Shown: piece by piece, positions 1-13,268 of the stretch | Numbering within the stretch: the stretch's first letter is position 1 | Layout of the letters: each line of letters opens with the position of its first letter | NCBI GenBank assembly: GCA_030704615.1 | Contig: CM060733.1 | Coordinates: forward strand, 53,382,001 to 53,446,000 | DNA from: Takakia lepidozioides | Taxonomy: Eukaryota; Plantae; Bryophyta | DNA length: 64,000 nucleotides | Direction: 5' to 3' | Notes under the pieces: generated by a model | What the model saw: the letters and a program-made list of their open reading frames with translations, nothing else | Told to the model about the DNA's origin: nothing | Database searches by the model: none | Program-made: the position numbers and the translations under genes

Positions 1-153
1 CGCCATGTTCGGCTTCAAACGCTGCCCACTATATTGTTCTCGCAATCTTAGAGTGTTTCCTTCTAAAGAAAACAACTCCGGCTTTCTAGACACTCCAAAT
101 GCTGACCCTCGTCTCAATACGGATCCCACGGTGCATTGGGTCAGGGCGTCCAT
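1..153 (-). CDS. Partial gene: 5' end of a CDS running off the window edge, possible organellar transit peptide
   Basis: ATG at 153 (-) opens a stop-free frame to the edge (MDALTQCTVGSVLRRGSAFGVSRKPELFSLEGNTLRLREQYSGQRLKPNMA), S/R-rich, preceded by a CT-rich 5'UTR-like tract (290-340, 530-550). Product not identifiable. Confidence 0.4.
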   Translation of the reverse strand, partial: MDALTQCTVGSVLRRGSAFGVSRKPELFSLEGNTLRLREQYSGQRLKPNMA

Positions 154-1366
154 AGCGCCTGGAGCTTCTGGAGAGAAACTCGGGCCTCTCTCTTAGTCCC
201 GAACCAGGAAAGTAGCTCGCTAGAAGAGCACTACACTCACTCTAGATGAATGCGATGAGCTGACGACCCAACAGGAATTTCAAACCCAGAGAGAGAAGAG
301 TTGCAGAGAATTTAGAGAGAGGGATCAGAGTGAGAGAGATGTCGAACCTTCAAGTCTTCAGATCTGAGAAAGCTCCTGGAAAATCAACACTGCACTCACT
401 AGTGCTGTATGCAACGGAATCCTTCACGTTTTTTTTCAAAACACCCCCAGTCCACCCGTACCCACAAGGAGTGAAAGCAAGAAATGTCATACACTGAAAG
501 CTTCAACAGCTTCTGCAGACACTGTGATAAACGAGAGAGAGAGAGAGAAGAGTCGGAGGCGACACGAGGTGCTCGCTACAAATTATGTTTTTTATATGTT
601 TTAGTAACTACCAGGGATCGGCCCATATATTAGGGATGAGGCCTATATGTCATTCTTTATTACATCATATCTCAAATGCTGATCCTTTATATATTTTTTT
701 GGCTTTAATAAGTTCTGAAAAAACTGTCCCCTGTTCATCAAAAAAAAAAATTGGAGACTATAGTCTTACAATAGAGCACCCCTTTTCCTCAAAAAAAGGG
801 AAAAAAAAAGAGCAGGAATAGGGTCCCTAAGTGCCACATCATGATCGTTTTCTGTCAAACTGCCCGAATTGACTGGAATTCTATCCATAAATGAAACTAT
901 GAAAGTATGTACTGTACCTGAAAGTTATTTTTTGGGTTTGACAGAGTCGTACATTCTTTGAGTCAGACTTTAGTAAAGGAGAGCACTGGGATGTACATAG
1001 GTGAGGAACTCAGAAAAAGGTGAAATGAAAAAGGTAAAATATTCCTAGTAAAACAATAATTTGATAGCATTTTCATCATTTTTCAGCAAATCTCAAAAAA
1101 TTTACACCCACCATCAAAATTTATAATGTCAGCGCATATAGGGTGGGTGAGGCTCAAATTTGTTGTGGTGGTAAGTGGAAAATAATCATAATAATAATAA
1201 GATATTAGGTCAGAGGTAAAGCCCTGGCCCCAGGACTTTCCTGAATTTGAGACGCCTGTCCCGAGGGCAGGGGTCAAAAATCCCGGAAAGTCCAAGGGCG
1301 AGGGCGTTACCTTTCGTAAAGCACAGCCACGTATTTATCGTGCCGTTAGAAAGCAGAATTCATGGG

Positions 1367-1435
1367 GGTGCATTCTGCATTTCGGAATGCACCGCATCAG
1401 CTCCCTCGAGTGCATTCCGAAATGCAGAATGCACC
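1367..1435. repeat. Perfect 26-bp inverted repeat with 17-bp spacer
   Basis: GGTGCATTCTGCATTTCGGAATGCAC (1367-1392) is the exact reverse complement of 1410-1435. Confidence 0.9.
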
Positions 1436-2494
1436 GGACATTAATTTATTTTTTTTAATTTTGTGGCAGTTCTTTACGCAGGGTGTGGAGGGCATTACCC
1501 TATACGTAACAAACGAAGCTGCCCGTTTTCGAGACTGCCCGTTTCTCCTCTGCGTAGTAACAACAATTGTTGCCCAAGTTTGAAAATTGTCTGCCCAATA
1601 TTAAGAATAATAAATCCATAAAACATGGGGGACAGATTCCATAATCTGGGATTACAGCTCCTGTCCCCCGGCAAAAACCTGTAATCACTTGACAGGGAAA
1701 ATTCCTGTCAGGGAAGCCCTAATTTTAACAAAGCCAAAAAATCTGAAGGTTTTTACTGTGCGAGTGTGGCGGGTATCACATACAAATCAGGGGTGGTGAG
1801 CGAGAATAGGGGGCTTCCAATCGTGGGTGTTGCAGCAGCACTAGGTCTCGTGCCGACTCGCCTCCAGGCTGACAATGCACATAAAACACTACAAGTTTTA
1901 CGACCCTAATGACGCCTACTCCCACCACTTGACATGTGTACCCTAATAACCACCCTAATCTCTGATCCATCCTCTTTCCCGTTGTGTGACCTTCTTCAGG
2001 CAGTAGGTGAATAGTTTGATTTCTTTCTTCTGTCAACTATCTAGCTCTAAGAGCTTTTGGGTTTTTCCTCTTGGGGACAGTTTTAAACTTTTGTACAGTC
2101 ATCCCACTTGGGTCTTTCTATAAAGTTATGCGGTTTTTAGTCTTCGACTGTCAAGAGCCAAAGTGTAATCTCAAGTGGACCGAGGAGTGGACCCAGAGAG
2201 CCGAGTGGACCAAGGACCCAGGGCATCCCAGCTTTGACCCAATGGGCCCATACTGGTTACCTTTTCTATACGGCTCATTTTTCTAGGTGAACAACCTCCA
2301 ATAGTTACCAACCAATAGTTACCGTGGGCCCATATGCCAAAAAAAGGCTTCAAGCGTTTAGGGATTAATGAATGGATTTAATCATCCAGTGCTGTTTATA
2401 GTTACCCCAAGTTCCCAACAGTTGGTTGTGGTAACCTAAACTCAAGCAACAATCTGCTCTTTTAACTGGATGCATTCAATTCATGCTAATAAAA

Positions 2495-2575
2495 TACCAT
2501 GCGACAAGGTAGCAGGATTTGAGCCCAGAATCACCAGGGTGGCACTCAGTGCTCTATCCAACTGAAGCTACCGAC
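2495..2575 (-). mobile_element. tRNA-derived SINE head, truncated copy
   Basis: Reverse complement matches the element at 5857 (A-box-like TAGCT(T)CAGTTGG, GCACTGAGTGCCA, B-box-like GCTCAAATCCTGCTAC). Confidence 0.7.
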
Positions 2576-2647
2576 AACTTTTTTTTTTAAGTTATCCCTT
2601 AAAGGACTAGCTATTTTTTGGTGGGCCCACTAAAAAAGGGTGCATAC

Positions 2648-3283
2648 CAGTGTTGGGCGGGTAACCGGACTGATACCGGTTAACCGGCGGGTCAGGTAAG
2701 AACCTAACCGGAACCGGAACCAGTTTGGAGAACCGGAACCGGGTTCCTGATTAGGTCTTTCATGTAACCGGAACCGCCCGGTTCCTAGTGGGGTCAGGAC
2801 CGCCACCAACCGGAAGCGGGAACAGGGGTGCGGTTCGGTTCCGGTTCGCGCAGTTATGGTATGTCCCTACTTAATGCGGGCCCGCCAGCCTCCAGCCGCC
2901 AGCCACATCAAGTCGGCCCTGCTGCTGGTTGGGTATTTGTGCCTTGCCTGGGTGGTCCTGGGTTCAATTCAATCCTTCTACATGTGCCTTCAGCTGTCCA
3001 TTGGCCCCTTGATGGGCTGCGTGTTGAGTAATAGACTCTGTAAATTCCCTGGACGTTAAAGAAACTTTATCTTTACTTCATATGTTTTACGTGGCCGGAA
3101 CCGGCAATTCTTTCCAGCAAATAACCGGAACCAGAACCGTCCTAATGTTCAAGAACCGGAATGGAACTGGAACCGCTTATTTTTCATCCCAAATAACCGC
3201 CCCAGAACTGGAACTGTAATTTAAAACCTACCCTGGAACCGGAACAGGAGGTTTTTGAAAAAAGCAAGAACCGCCCAACACTG
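2648..3283. mobile_element. Non-autonomous hAT element (MITE), 636 bp
   Basis: TIR CAGTGTTGGGCGG...CCGCCCAACACTG, perfect 8-bp TSD GTGCATAC (2640-2647 and 3284-3291), many subterminal AACCGG/GGAACC repeats. Confidence 0.9.
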
Positions 3284-4729
3284 GTGCATACCCTTATGGA
3301 CGAGGGTGTAACTTCTTACCCCCAATCATCCAGGGAGATGAACCTTATACTTATGTGGATATCTACTAGATCCAGTCCTGTCAAAAATATACGGTCTATC
3401 AATTTGTAAATATATTCAAAAATTGCATGGAAATAATTTTTTTGACCACAAAATTGAAGTATCCAGTTGAATCTCTCTAAACAAAGGCCCTCCATAATCT
3501 GATTATATGGCACCTAAACTACTGCCTCCTGAAAAAATCAGACCAATTCAGATAGGCTGCTTTGTATGTGAAATCTGGGTGTAAATTATCTTGTTTTGGC
3601 TTCTTTCCCAATTACAGTGTTAACATGTTATAATTTTTTCTTAAAAACAGAAATGGACAACCGAAAGGTTAAAAAGGTGGAAAAAATAACCACCGTGAAG
3701 GGCCTGAAGGCTTATAGTGGGGAGTCAAGGACAACAAAGAAAAGGGGGATCTGCTAAACTTCGCCCAAAAAAAAGAGGTAAGGGAGCCTCAAGAGCTCCA
3801 AACATAAGTCCGGAGAGTCAATCAGCAAAACAACAGGGCTGCCCGAAAGACAAGATGCTAGCAGAGGAAAGTGATAGGAATCGGTAAGGCCATGAAGCTA
3901 TCACTTATAATCACTACTAAAGTCTGAACTGAGAACCACTAAAATATGAGTTGAGCTTTGAATTTAGGTTCCTTGGCCCTAGTGTGTCGTCAATTACATT
4001 ATTCTTGGTTGGTCTCATGCAGAGACTTCCCATTACATGGGGAGGCAATCTTTCCAGAAAAAAAAGTGTGTCGGAAAAGAGCGGGAGCGGAGGATGCGCC
4101 ATTACCCTAGGAGAGATAGAAGTCTTTGAGAAGTTGCTTCCCACACTCCTCAGAAGCCCTGGGAAGAGCGCAAGGTGGGGAGTATTTTTGTAATTAAAAA
4201 TTAAAAACACATTATGCTATAGTAAATAAACCCCTATAATTATTGACTGTAACTAACTTTTTTGTGCGTTTTCAGTTTAGGAAGCTAAGATTCTTCTAAA
4301 CTATCTTCCCCATGAGTTGTTTCAGTTTTATTTTAGCTATGTAAGTTGCAATCCTTTGGCTTGAAAAATATACATAATTTGAATTTTATAATAAAATCAG
4401 AATAATAACGATAATTTTAATTAATTTAATTCTTCACCTCTTCTTTAAATGTTCTTCATTAGTTAACCTATATCTCCTCTTCAGTTTTTTTTATTTTTAT
4501 TTTTATTTTTATTTTTAAAGGAGCTAGCAAGCAAGCAAAAGAAAAGAAAAAAATGGATATGAGAAGAGTCAGGAAGGTTTGTGAGATGGATTCATACGTT
4601 CACTATACCAAACTTACGGTTGATATTTCATAATCGATATCAATAGGTAGTTTGTTTGTTCTATTTTGTTTGTCCTCCCAAACCACAAGGCCTCCGCCCA
4701 GGTTATTAACCCTTATACGACGAGCACCA

Positions 4730-5080
4730 TTTTGGTGAGCCCACTAAAAATAGCGCATACTCTCATGGATAAGGGTGCAACATGGATGGGGATGAACTTT
4801 CTGATTATGTGCATATCTACTACATCCACGTCCTGTCAAAAGTGTAGGCAATTTCACCATTGCAATTGGGAGATTATAACAAAATAATCTACCATAATTT
4901 GTTAATATATTTTAAGATTATATGGAAATAATGTAAATTTGAGTGTCGAGTTGAATTTTCTGAGGCAGATGCCCTCCATAATCTGATTATATGGCACCCA
5001 AGGGACTCTCTCCCCCGAAATGCAGACCAAAATTTCAAAGGCTGCAGAGTATGTGAAATCTGGGGGATAAATTGTCATGG
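4730..5080 (+). repeat. Dispersed repeat, homologous to 2615-2647 + 3292-3600 (empty-site version of the hAT insertion)
   Basis: Shared GCCCACTAAAAA..GCATAC, CCCTCCATAATCTGATTATATGGCACC and TATGTGAAATCTGGG blocks. Confidence 0.75.
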
Positions 5081-5856
5081 TTTAATTCCTCTGGTATGTA
5101 AGTGCACATTAACATTACATAGTGCCTTGTCCAAAAAACTTGGCATTTTGGTAATTTTTGAGCCCTAGATGTTATTTTCAAGATTGCTCACTTGCCAGCC
5201 TAGCACGTGGGGAGATCAACGTTGGATTTCCAGACCCATGGCTCTTTGAGAAATTCTAGGGAGCAGAGCTATTATTTTAGGGTGCTCTAAGTTCCCACTT
5301 GTGCTTCTCCCTAACCCGCGGCTTTACCTTCAGGAATCACTTCCATCCACTGCCATCCTTAAAAGCTGGGTCGTGGCAGAACACTGATTGGGGTCGCATC
5401 CCCGTTTAGGGCTTAATACCGCTGGAAAGCCCTCCATGAGTAGAGTGCATCTTTTTTCTTTTTCTTTTTTTCTTTTTTTCAACTTAACCTTCCTTTTACT
5501 CAAAATAAATTAAAAAAAGTCACAAAAGGTGGAAAAAATAACCACCTAGAGAGGCCGAGAGTGCATCCAGGTGGTTTCATTATTTTTGGATCTACAATGT
5601 GGGAGATATTGAGTTTCAAGTATTTTTTATCATTGAAAAATAGCAAACTATGTTTTTCTGGAATATTGGCCCTCCATTTTTCTTTTGGTACACATGGTCA
5701 TAAATATAAATACATATATACTTAATAAAACAACGATACAATATGCGCTGAACGAGGTGTCTCCCTAAAAATTTAATAAAAAAAACAACCAAAAAAAAAA
5801 AAAAAACATCAGCTACTCCTGAGAAATAATTCCTCACTTCAAAGCCATTACCAACA

Positions 5857-6068
5857 GTCAGTAGCTCAGTTGGTAAAATGCACTGAGTGCCATCCGGATG
5901 ACCCTGGGGTCAAATCCTGCTACTTGACGGGTGTGGTACGCTCTTCTCCCCTTCCCTGCGCAGTGTCGCATCGGAAAGCGTTACGGCGAGGTTACCGAGA
6001 GGTTATTTTCTCCTCTCTCTATCAAGGGGGATGATTTGTGAGCTGTCGCTCCCAGGGGTTTTTTTTAC
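5857..6068 (+). mobile_element. tRNA-derived SINE, near full length
   Basis: A box TAGCTCAGTTGG, B-box-like GGTCAAATCC, acceptor-like pairing GTCAGTA/TACTTGAC, then a ~130-bp body shared with the 7600-7797 copy and a T-rich end. Confidence 0.75.
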
Positions 6069-7599
6069 ACCTGTCTCAAAATTATCCCCAAATTTTAAAG
6101 TGAACCTATATATATATATATATGTGATTTTATTTTCTTAATTACTAAACACAAAACCTTATCCCCAAAACCCTATATATATATATATGAGGGGAGGGTG
6201 TCCCTCAGCTATTCCTACTGCCTTATTACTTTTCTTTTTTTTTTTTTTGGGTTAACAGGGGGATTGAATCTCTGATTACTTTATTATAAATTATTGAAGG
6301 GATTACTAATTACAGTCCACCTTCCCTTATTGGGAATAGAACATTATTTACTAATGTTTGTCTGGTTTGTCTCTTTGTTAGTAAATATCTGCCACTATGC
6401 TGGTTCTCTCCTGAGTGCTTTGGGGTTTCCAAAAATCCCCCACTATATTAAGTAGTACGTACCGACAGCTGTAAGTCGTGGACGCACTCTCGAGTCTCTC
6501 CTGGTTGCCACGTGCTGATGGGGACCCGCCGCCCACGAGTCCCCGTGCAGCCGCCTTGCCCGGTGTTCAAACATGGTGTGATATTGGAAAATAAAATAAC
6601 TGAGAAATTGCTTAAAGACTATTCACTACTGCCCTATTTGTTTTAGTACCTACATTTTTATTTTTTTATTTTTTCTTCGTTCAACAACTTTGTTAGGGGA
6701 CCTACATAAATATGTGAGAAGGGAAATAACAGTAAGACCCACCAAAAATAAACATAAATAAAGCTTCCAGGGCAAAGTCCCTTTAAAATAAATATTATTT
6801 TTTTATTTTTATTTTTATTTTTATTTTTATTTTTTAAAACAGTAAGAAGTAGAAGAAGAAATTGGGGCCAAAGTGCGGCTAAACGAGATGGCTCTATAAA
6901 ATAACAGGAATAATGTAAGAACTTCATGCAAAAGGGTGGTACTTTTGCCAGTTTCCGGCAATCCCTTGTCAAATCCTCCCCAGCCCCTCCTATCCTGGAC
7001 TCACTATGAAAGATTCAAGAATGCTACAAGTTGTTGTGTTGCGATTAGACTCTCTTGGTAAGGTCATGGTGGTGATAGGGTATGCACCGAGCATAAGCCT
7101 ATTACCACACACCCGACAGTCCACTAGTCAACCGATGAACAAACACTACAAGCTGTATGGATGGATGACTTGTGACCTGTGACCATAATCGAACATATTT
7201 ATAATAAGCACAGGTTTTATTGGCAATAAGTAATGTACATGACAATAATAATGATATTTGAACTAGTGCGCGATCATTCATTTTTCCCACTTTTTCAGTC
7301 TCGCATGTTTTCTCTGTTGCTCATGTCTTGTGTTTCATTTTTTGCTTGCACATCTTAATCATTCTTTCGTTTGCACATGCTACAAGCTCCAGTTCAAGTA
7401 CTAGACTCCAATATAATTATCTAGTTCAAGTATTTGCATGAGGATTAGAGTCATCATTCAGATTGCATTTTAGCATCAAAAAATAGATTTTCCAAAATAA
7501 TTCTCAACAAAATGGTCAACATAGATCTAGTTCTGGATCCTCTTCCTCACGTAGATTGGTCAATCCATTAGAAGACTTTTTTTTTAAAAACAATTGCAA

Positions 7600-7797
7600 A
7601 GGGAAACACCTAGGAGCGACAGCTCACAAATCAGGCCCCTTAACAGTGAGAGAGGAGAAAATAACCTCTTTCACAATAACCGTGCCATGGAGGCTGAGAA
7701 ATGGGACACCGCCCAGGGAAGGGGGAGATGAGTATACCACACCTGTCAAGTAGCAGGATTTGACGCCAGAATCATTTGGGTGGCACTCAGTGCACTT
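7600..7797 (-). mobile_element. tRNA-derived SINE, same family as 5857
   Basis: Reverse complement shares GCACTGAGTGCCA, CAAATCCTGCTACTTGAC, GGTTATTTTCTCCTCTCTC and GATTTGTGAGCTGTCGCTCC with 5857-6068. Confidence 0.75.
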
Positions 7798-8197
7798 AGA
7801 AGACTTCGTACTGGAAAAGGCTTACCAGACCCTCCTATTCAAAGCAACCGTATTTGTGATCCTCAATTTGAACCAACTCAACAAGCAACAAAAAGAAAGT
7901 CCATTTCTCGGGGAAATCAATCGAACTATCAGAAATCTGGTGAATTTTCGCCAGATTTCGAAAAAAAAGGAATATTCTGTTTTAAATTCCTGTTTTTTTC
8001 GTGGATGAAATCGCCAAAATTCTCCAAATAAAAAATAGATTATAGATGAATTTGCCAAATATGGATGATATAAATGGATTAAAGTACGGATGTGGATGAT
8101 TTTATCCTAATTTCAATGGATGAACAGAATGTACGACTATTTTTTGCAAAGCCTCGTGCTGTTTTCCAAATTTCTTAAAAAAAACACTCCAACAAAC

Positions 8198-8565
8198 AGA
8201 AAAGGGGTCAATGGACTGATGATGCACTTGAAGAAGCAATGGATGTCATAGAATCATGGTGACATCAACATGACAGCAGCTAGCTGTCATTGGCACATTC
8301 CACTAAGTTCATTGGCCGACCACTTAAATGGCAGAACAACACAAAGGAAATTTGGGCCTAAAGATGTGCTTACATCAGATCAAGAGAAACAACTAGAGAA
8401 ACAACTGGTGGATTGGGTCTTGAGCATGCAAGATACCTGTCATTCAGTCATTAAACAACACTTAAGCTCAAAGTTGTTGAACTTACTCAAACAAGAGTAA
8501 CACATTTCAGCAAAAGCATTCCTGATTCATCTTGGTGGAAGTGTTTTAGGAAGATTTGTCCCTAC
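8198..8565 (+). pseudogene. pogo/Tigger-like transposase N-terminal fragment (psq-HTH + CENP-B HTH)
   Basis: KRGQWTDDALEEAMDVIES...AASCHWHIPLSSLADHLNGRT...GPKDVLT...LVDWVLSMQ...KVVELTQTR...PDSSWWKCF, with frameshifts. Confidence 0.75.
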
Positions 8566-8689
8566 GTGTTGCAGAAGGATTGGAAGCGGCCCAGCCAAAG
8601 CTCTCACCTCATATTTGAAGAAAAATTGACCTATAACACGCAGGGAACTACATGTAAAAAACGAAAGCGGATGCAATTGAATTTTGTCG

Positions 8690-9350
8690 TTTGATGGATC
8701 AGATTGGGGAGAGAAATCACTAGCTAGACCATGGAGGTATTGCTTTTTAGGGGCTATGCCCAACAATGGTGGGAAAAATGCCTTCAAGATGGGAGGGCAA
8801 ATGTAGAGTTTTTGATATGGAGGTATTCAATACATGAGTTTTTGAGGAACTCATGAGGAGAAGGTTTGTGCCCCTTGGAATCCAAAGGTGGCACCTTCAC
8901 ATCTGAACTCCTCATTCGGAGGCTTGAAAACATAGGGACCTTCGCGAGTGGTGCCAAAGTGAATGTGTTTCAATTGCAATGGGACAGGACATATTCACAA
9001 TGATGGCCGAGCTGGTGGGGACACCCAACTTGTGAAAGGAGTGGTCTGCCTGTTTTGCAAATGCGAGAGGCCTTGCAAGTGTTCACATATGTACCGGACC
9101 TGCGATGAATTCATGGACTGAATAGCTCGCTCTGATGTAGGTTTAACTTCTCAGGCATCTGATTAGAGAAACCTCTATTAAATGAAAGGATGTGAGTAAG
9201 GAACTGCCTTGCCTCGCAGAACTCTGCCTTCACACAAATGACAATGCTTACTCCATTCCTCTTTTGAGTAGGTCTTCATCAACACCTTTGGAGGCTTCTG
9301 GAAGGAGCCATCCCTAACCATCAAAAACCCTAACAGGACCCTAACTAACA
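8690..9350 (+). pseudogene. Degenerate retroelement gag-like remnant
   Basis: CFNCNGTGH zinc-knuckle-like motif near 8965-8992; no intact ORF. Confidence 0.35.
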
Positions 9351-9789
9351 GTCGTAATGGTTAGGTAGATCTGAGCTGACATTCAACAAGTTGAAAGCTA
9401 GGAAAAGGTAGATTGATAGAGTTTTGAAGATTTCCATAAGAGTCTCTTGCCCACAGGAATGCCTATGAAGCTGAATCCGCAATGTACACTATCATTGTTA
9501 GCACATCTTGCAGATTCGGTGCATGATTTCCAGAATTTGCAGAAGTAGATACTCGATGAGAATGAGAATGACCTCCGTGTCCTGTTTTAGCAATGGTATG
9601 ACCTACCCTTCAGGGCAGAGTCCTGGTCTGAATACTCACGCTCTGAGCCAGCAGTGTTGCTTCAGGCCATAGGCATATGTCACATAGGCTAGCCGAGCAG
9701 TGCTTAATCAATGTCAGACTTTCTATTGTGATGTCAATGCCAGCCCATAAGAAGAAAAAACTTTATAATAATGTTCACAGGGAGAAGAG

Positions 9790-10500
9790 AAATGAAATGA
9801 AATGGAACTTTATAACATCCACAGAAAGCTCAAAGGGCTTATGGGACAGAAGGAAAGTAAGAAGCAAGAAATGAAATGAAATGAAATGGTACTTTATAAC
9901 GTCCGCGGAAAGCTCAAAGAGCTTATGGGACAAAAATGGAAAATACAAGAGAGAGGAAACAAAACCAGAGCCAAAAAACAGCCCAAAAGCAAAACTACTG
10001 CTCAAGGGATTGTCTAAGGGTCAAGGCCTCGTGCAGGTAAGCCGCCAAGCATTTCTGATCCTCATAGTGGAAGACTTCAGCAAGAGATTGAGTTCCACGG
10101 AATAGACAGTGGAATCTCCCACAGATCTCATAATATAGAGGGCAATAAAAGAAGAAGCGTTCAGCAGTTTCAATTTCCTGGTTCCGCCCGGTGCAAGCTG
10201 CGCATAGGCGGTCCTCCCGTTGCAGGTTTTCCCATGTACCAGTCTCTATCCGTAGATTGTGGGAGCCCACCCTGAACTGCCCCAATGCCCTCAGGAGGGA
10301 AGGAGACAAAGGCGCCAAAAGGTAACTGGGCCGCAAGATTCTATCATCACGGAGAACCACGAATGTCAAATGGAGTTTTGTTGTGCGATTGGGTAGCTTC
10401 CAAGTTCTCAGGACATGTAGTTCCATAAGTTCCCTTCTAATGAGTCGGTTGCGGTCCTGTTTGGATGTGATTTCCACCCCTTCCAAGTTCTCATGACATG
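9790..10500 (-). mobile_element. 3' end of a non-LTR retrotransposon (RTE/L2-like) with (CATTT)n tail
   Basis: ORF 9995-10537 has QFRVGSHNLRIETG...R(ED)RLCxxC...E....FFFYCPLY, a typical LINE ORF2 C-terminus. It is followed on the - strand by TTTCA microsatellite tails at 9791-9805 and 9870-9888, within an ~80-bp tandem duplication. Confidence 0.8.
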
Positions 10501-10718
10501 TAGTTCCATAAGTTCCCTTCGAATGAGTCAGTTGCAATCAAACAGAGAGTTCAGAAGGGGTGGAAATCACGTCCAAACAGGATCGCTCATTAGAAGAGAA
10601 CTTATGGAACGACATGTCATGAGAACTTGGAAGCTACCCAATCTCACAACAACACTCCATTTCTATCGAGAGACATTCTTGGTTCTCCGTGATGATAGAA
10701 TCTTGCGGCCCAATTACC
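10330..10718. repeat. ~155-bp inverted repeat formed by LINE sequence (10330-10483 vs 10554-10710)
   Basis: The same peptide (LIRRELME.HV.RTWKLPN.TT.LH...VLRDDRILRP) is encoded on both strands (ORFs 9995-10537 - and 10493-10984 +). Confidence 0.85.
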
Positions 10719-13268
10719 ATATGGAACTTATGGATGAGAACATCTGGCGCCAAGCATTGCTTGGAGAAAAGATGACTGCAATGGTTCCAGATTTTTTTCC
10801 CACCAGGAAATTGGGACACCAGGTGCCCAGAATTCACAACCATAAGTGGCAGCCGGGTGACAGCACAGTCAAAGAGCCGCTTGTCGGTTGGGGCCGAAAA
10901 AGTCTGAAACTTCATAACATCCACCATGTCCTCAGTGCACAAAATCATCACCTGAAGACGAAGTGCCTTAAAATAGAAACATAAGTTTACACCATTCGAA
11001 CAAGGAACAGAAAGACGTGGGACCATGCTTGCTGTGTGACTATGACAAACTTCACAGTTTTCTGTTTCCAAAAACAAGGGGACAGAAACACAACAAAAAC
11101 ACAAGGTATGCTTGTGATGGCCTTTTGCAGTACCTCCTGTTCAATAGCTTCACCAGCACAGCTGCATGTACCACCTTCACACAGCCACCTTCCTGATCCT
11201 TCATGAGCAGCCCCACATCCGGTGCATAGTTATTACAGTCAGCATTTCAGCTGGCACTAGCAAAGAAATGGGCCAAAAATGACCAGTGTTCCCGAAACTT
11301 CTTTCTTTCATAGGCTTTTTGCTCCACTGCAATTGCATCCCTGCAAAAATGGAAACCTTGTATCTCAGACTTACAAGGCCTCATTAACTGCGGTTGCACT
11401 AGCCCTTAAGCCCATGCCCACTTTGGATGGAGAAGGAAATGGTGTTAGAGGCTTAATGGCTTAAAGATACATGGGGTCCAGCTACTAGCTCTGTTGAGGA
11501 CAACCACCAACTAAGGGGTAGTGCTGGCTTGACAGCTCAAGGAAAAGGATAGACGGGCTAACTTGTAGCTTTCCAACGGAAAACTCTGGAGTCAAAAGTA
11601 ATTGCTATCGAGTTGGTCTAATATGAGCTACTGAAAATAAACTTACACCAATCCACAAGTGATCCTTTTCAACACAATTATTCAAGCAAAATCTGTGAAG
11701 TTTGTCAACACAAAATGACTGTACCTGAGGGGCCCAAACCAACCTAGCAGCAAGGATTGGGCAAATGGTAAATATGGGCCCAGATTCTTGCGACACATTT
11801 CCACCATAAGCTCCTTGTATTCTGCTGCTGCTTGCTGCCATGCCTCTGTGACTATCTTTAACTGCCTTTTATATAAGTCATCCTGCTGCTTCTTAATCTT
11901 CCTCCTTCTTTATCCGATGGTGTCCTGAAGCCTTCCTTGCCAGGTCCCTAGTGAACCCCACATTCAGAGTTCTCATGTTCCTCGATGTGAGAATCTTCTA
12001 CTACTTCATCAGCGCTGGCAAATGAGCGAGTGTATTCCACAGTAGCCCTGCCCCTGAACCTGAACCTGGAATCCCTGCTAGGATGGCTTACATCCTCTGA
12101 GCCAGTCTGCCAGAACTGTGGCAGCCATGGCAAAACACTCAGAAGTGCTGCATCAACCGTCACTTCCAATAGTGTATGAAGCTGAGACAAGGAGGTCGCT
12201 GATGGAGTACAACACAACCATCATGTGATGGCTGGAGTCGCCACCCTGCCTCTATGACACACTTCACCTCAGGGGCCCTTTGTAATAATTGTCCTGCAGC
12301 AGCCACTGAGCTACCTGACCTCTGATGACCAGAATTCAGTGAACTGATAATTGTTTGGGTTCAATCCGAGCTCTACCCCCTCGCTCGTCTTTGTCTCGCG
12401 CTGCTGCCCTCCACATACCGCCCTTTGTTAACTACTGGAACCAAGAGAAGACGTTCACATTTTTTTCAGTGTGGATTTTAGGAGAGCTTTCGACTTGTTT
12501 GAGATCGACAGCTAAAGTAGTTATTGACAAGACTTGGAGTCACGCCAGCAATCAGCACGTGCTTCCATGTACACTAGCAGTATAACCCATTCTTGCATGA
12601 ACTATGCACAATTGTTCCATACATGCTCCCAAATCTGGTCTCGAACTATAGCAATTGTGTTCTGAAGTGGGCGGAGTAGGTGGACTTATCCCCCAGCCTT
12701 GAACTCCATGCACAAACTTGAATTACGGTGTGAGAGAGTCATGCCGCATCAATCAATAACAGAAAACCCAAATACCATTACAATCACTATGTGAACTTTC
12801 AAGCGGCCACCATGGGATTGGACCTAGTGGGTTAAGGCTAGCTTTCAACAACATCCATGCAAGTTAGTCAAGGGCTCTATCTGGAGCAGCACCGCGAGAA
12901 ACATACAAACATGTCCAGATTTAAGATGCTGAACAAACTTGTGCACAGGGCTGCCCCTCTAATCAAGCTCATTATAATTCGTATGCACTTCCATATTCAA
13001 GCTTTGGAGACGCTCCACCACACACACCAGAATTGGGACCACACTCTGATTTCCTTCTGCGATCACCAGAGTCAGTCAGCATCCCTCATGGGCTGACTTC
13101 CCACCTATGCTGGGTAGACCCCACTATCATTTCTCGTGGATATGCCACAGGAAATGCCCTCAACAGTGCATCATGGTCAAGACTCTCAGGAAATGGTGGA
13201 TGAGCTGAGTAGCTCCACAGATCAATGAATGAAGCAAGACACACGCACCTTTCCAGAAAAACATCTGT

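Noticed and set aside
5857-5930. Functional tRNA gene
   Set aside because: Imperfect stems and B box, and it continues into a body shared with other dispersed copies, so it is a SINE.
10760-12600. Protein-coding gene in the short ORFs downstream of the PPR gene
   Set aside because: No recognisable motifs or consistent splice pattern; probably decayed retroelement sequence.
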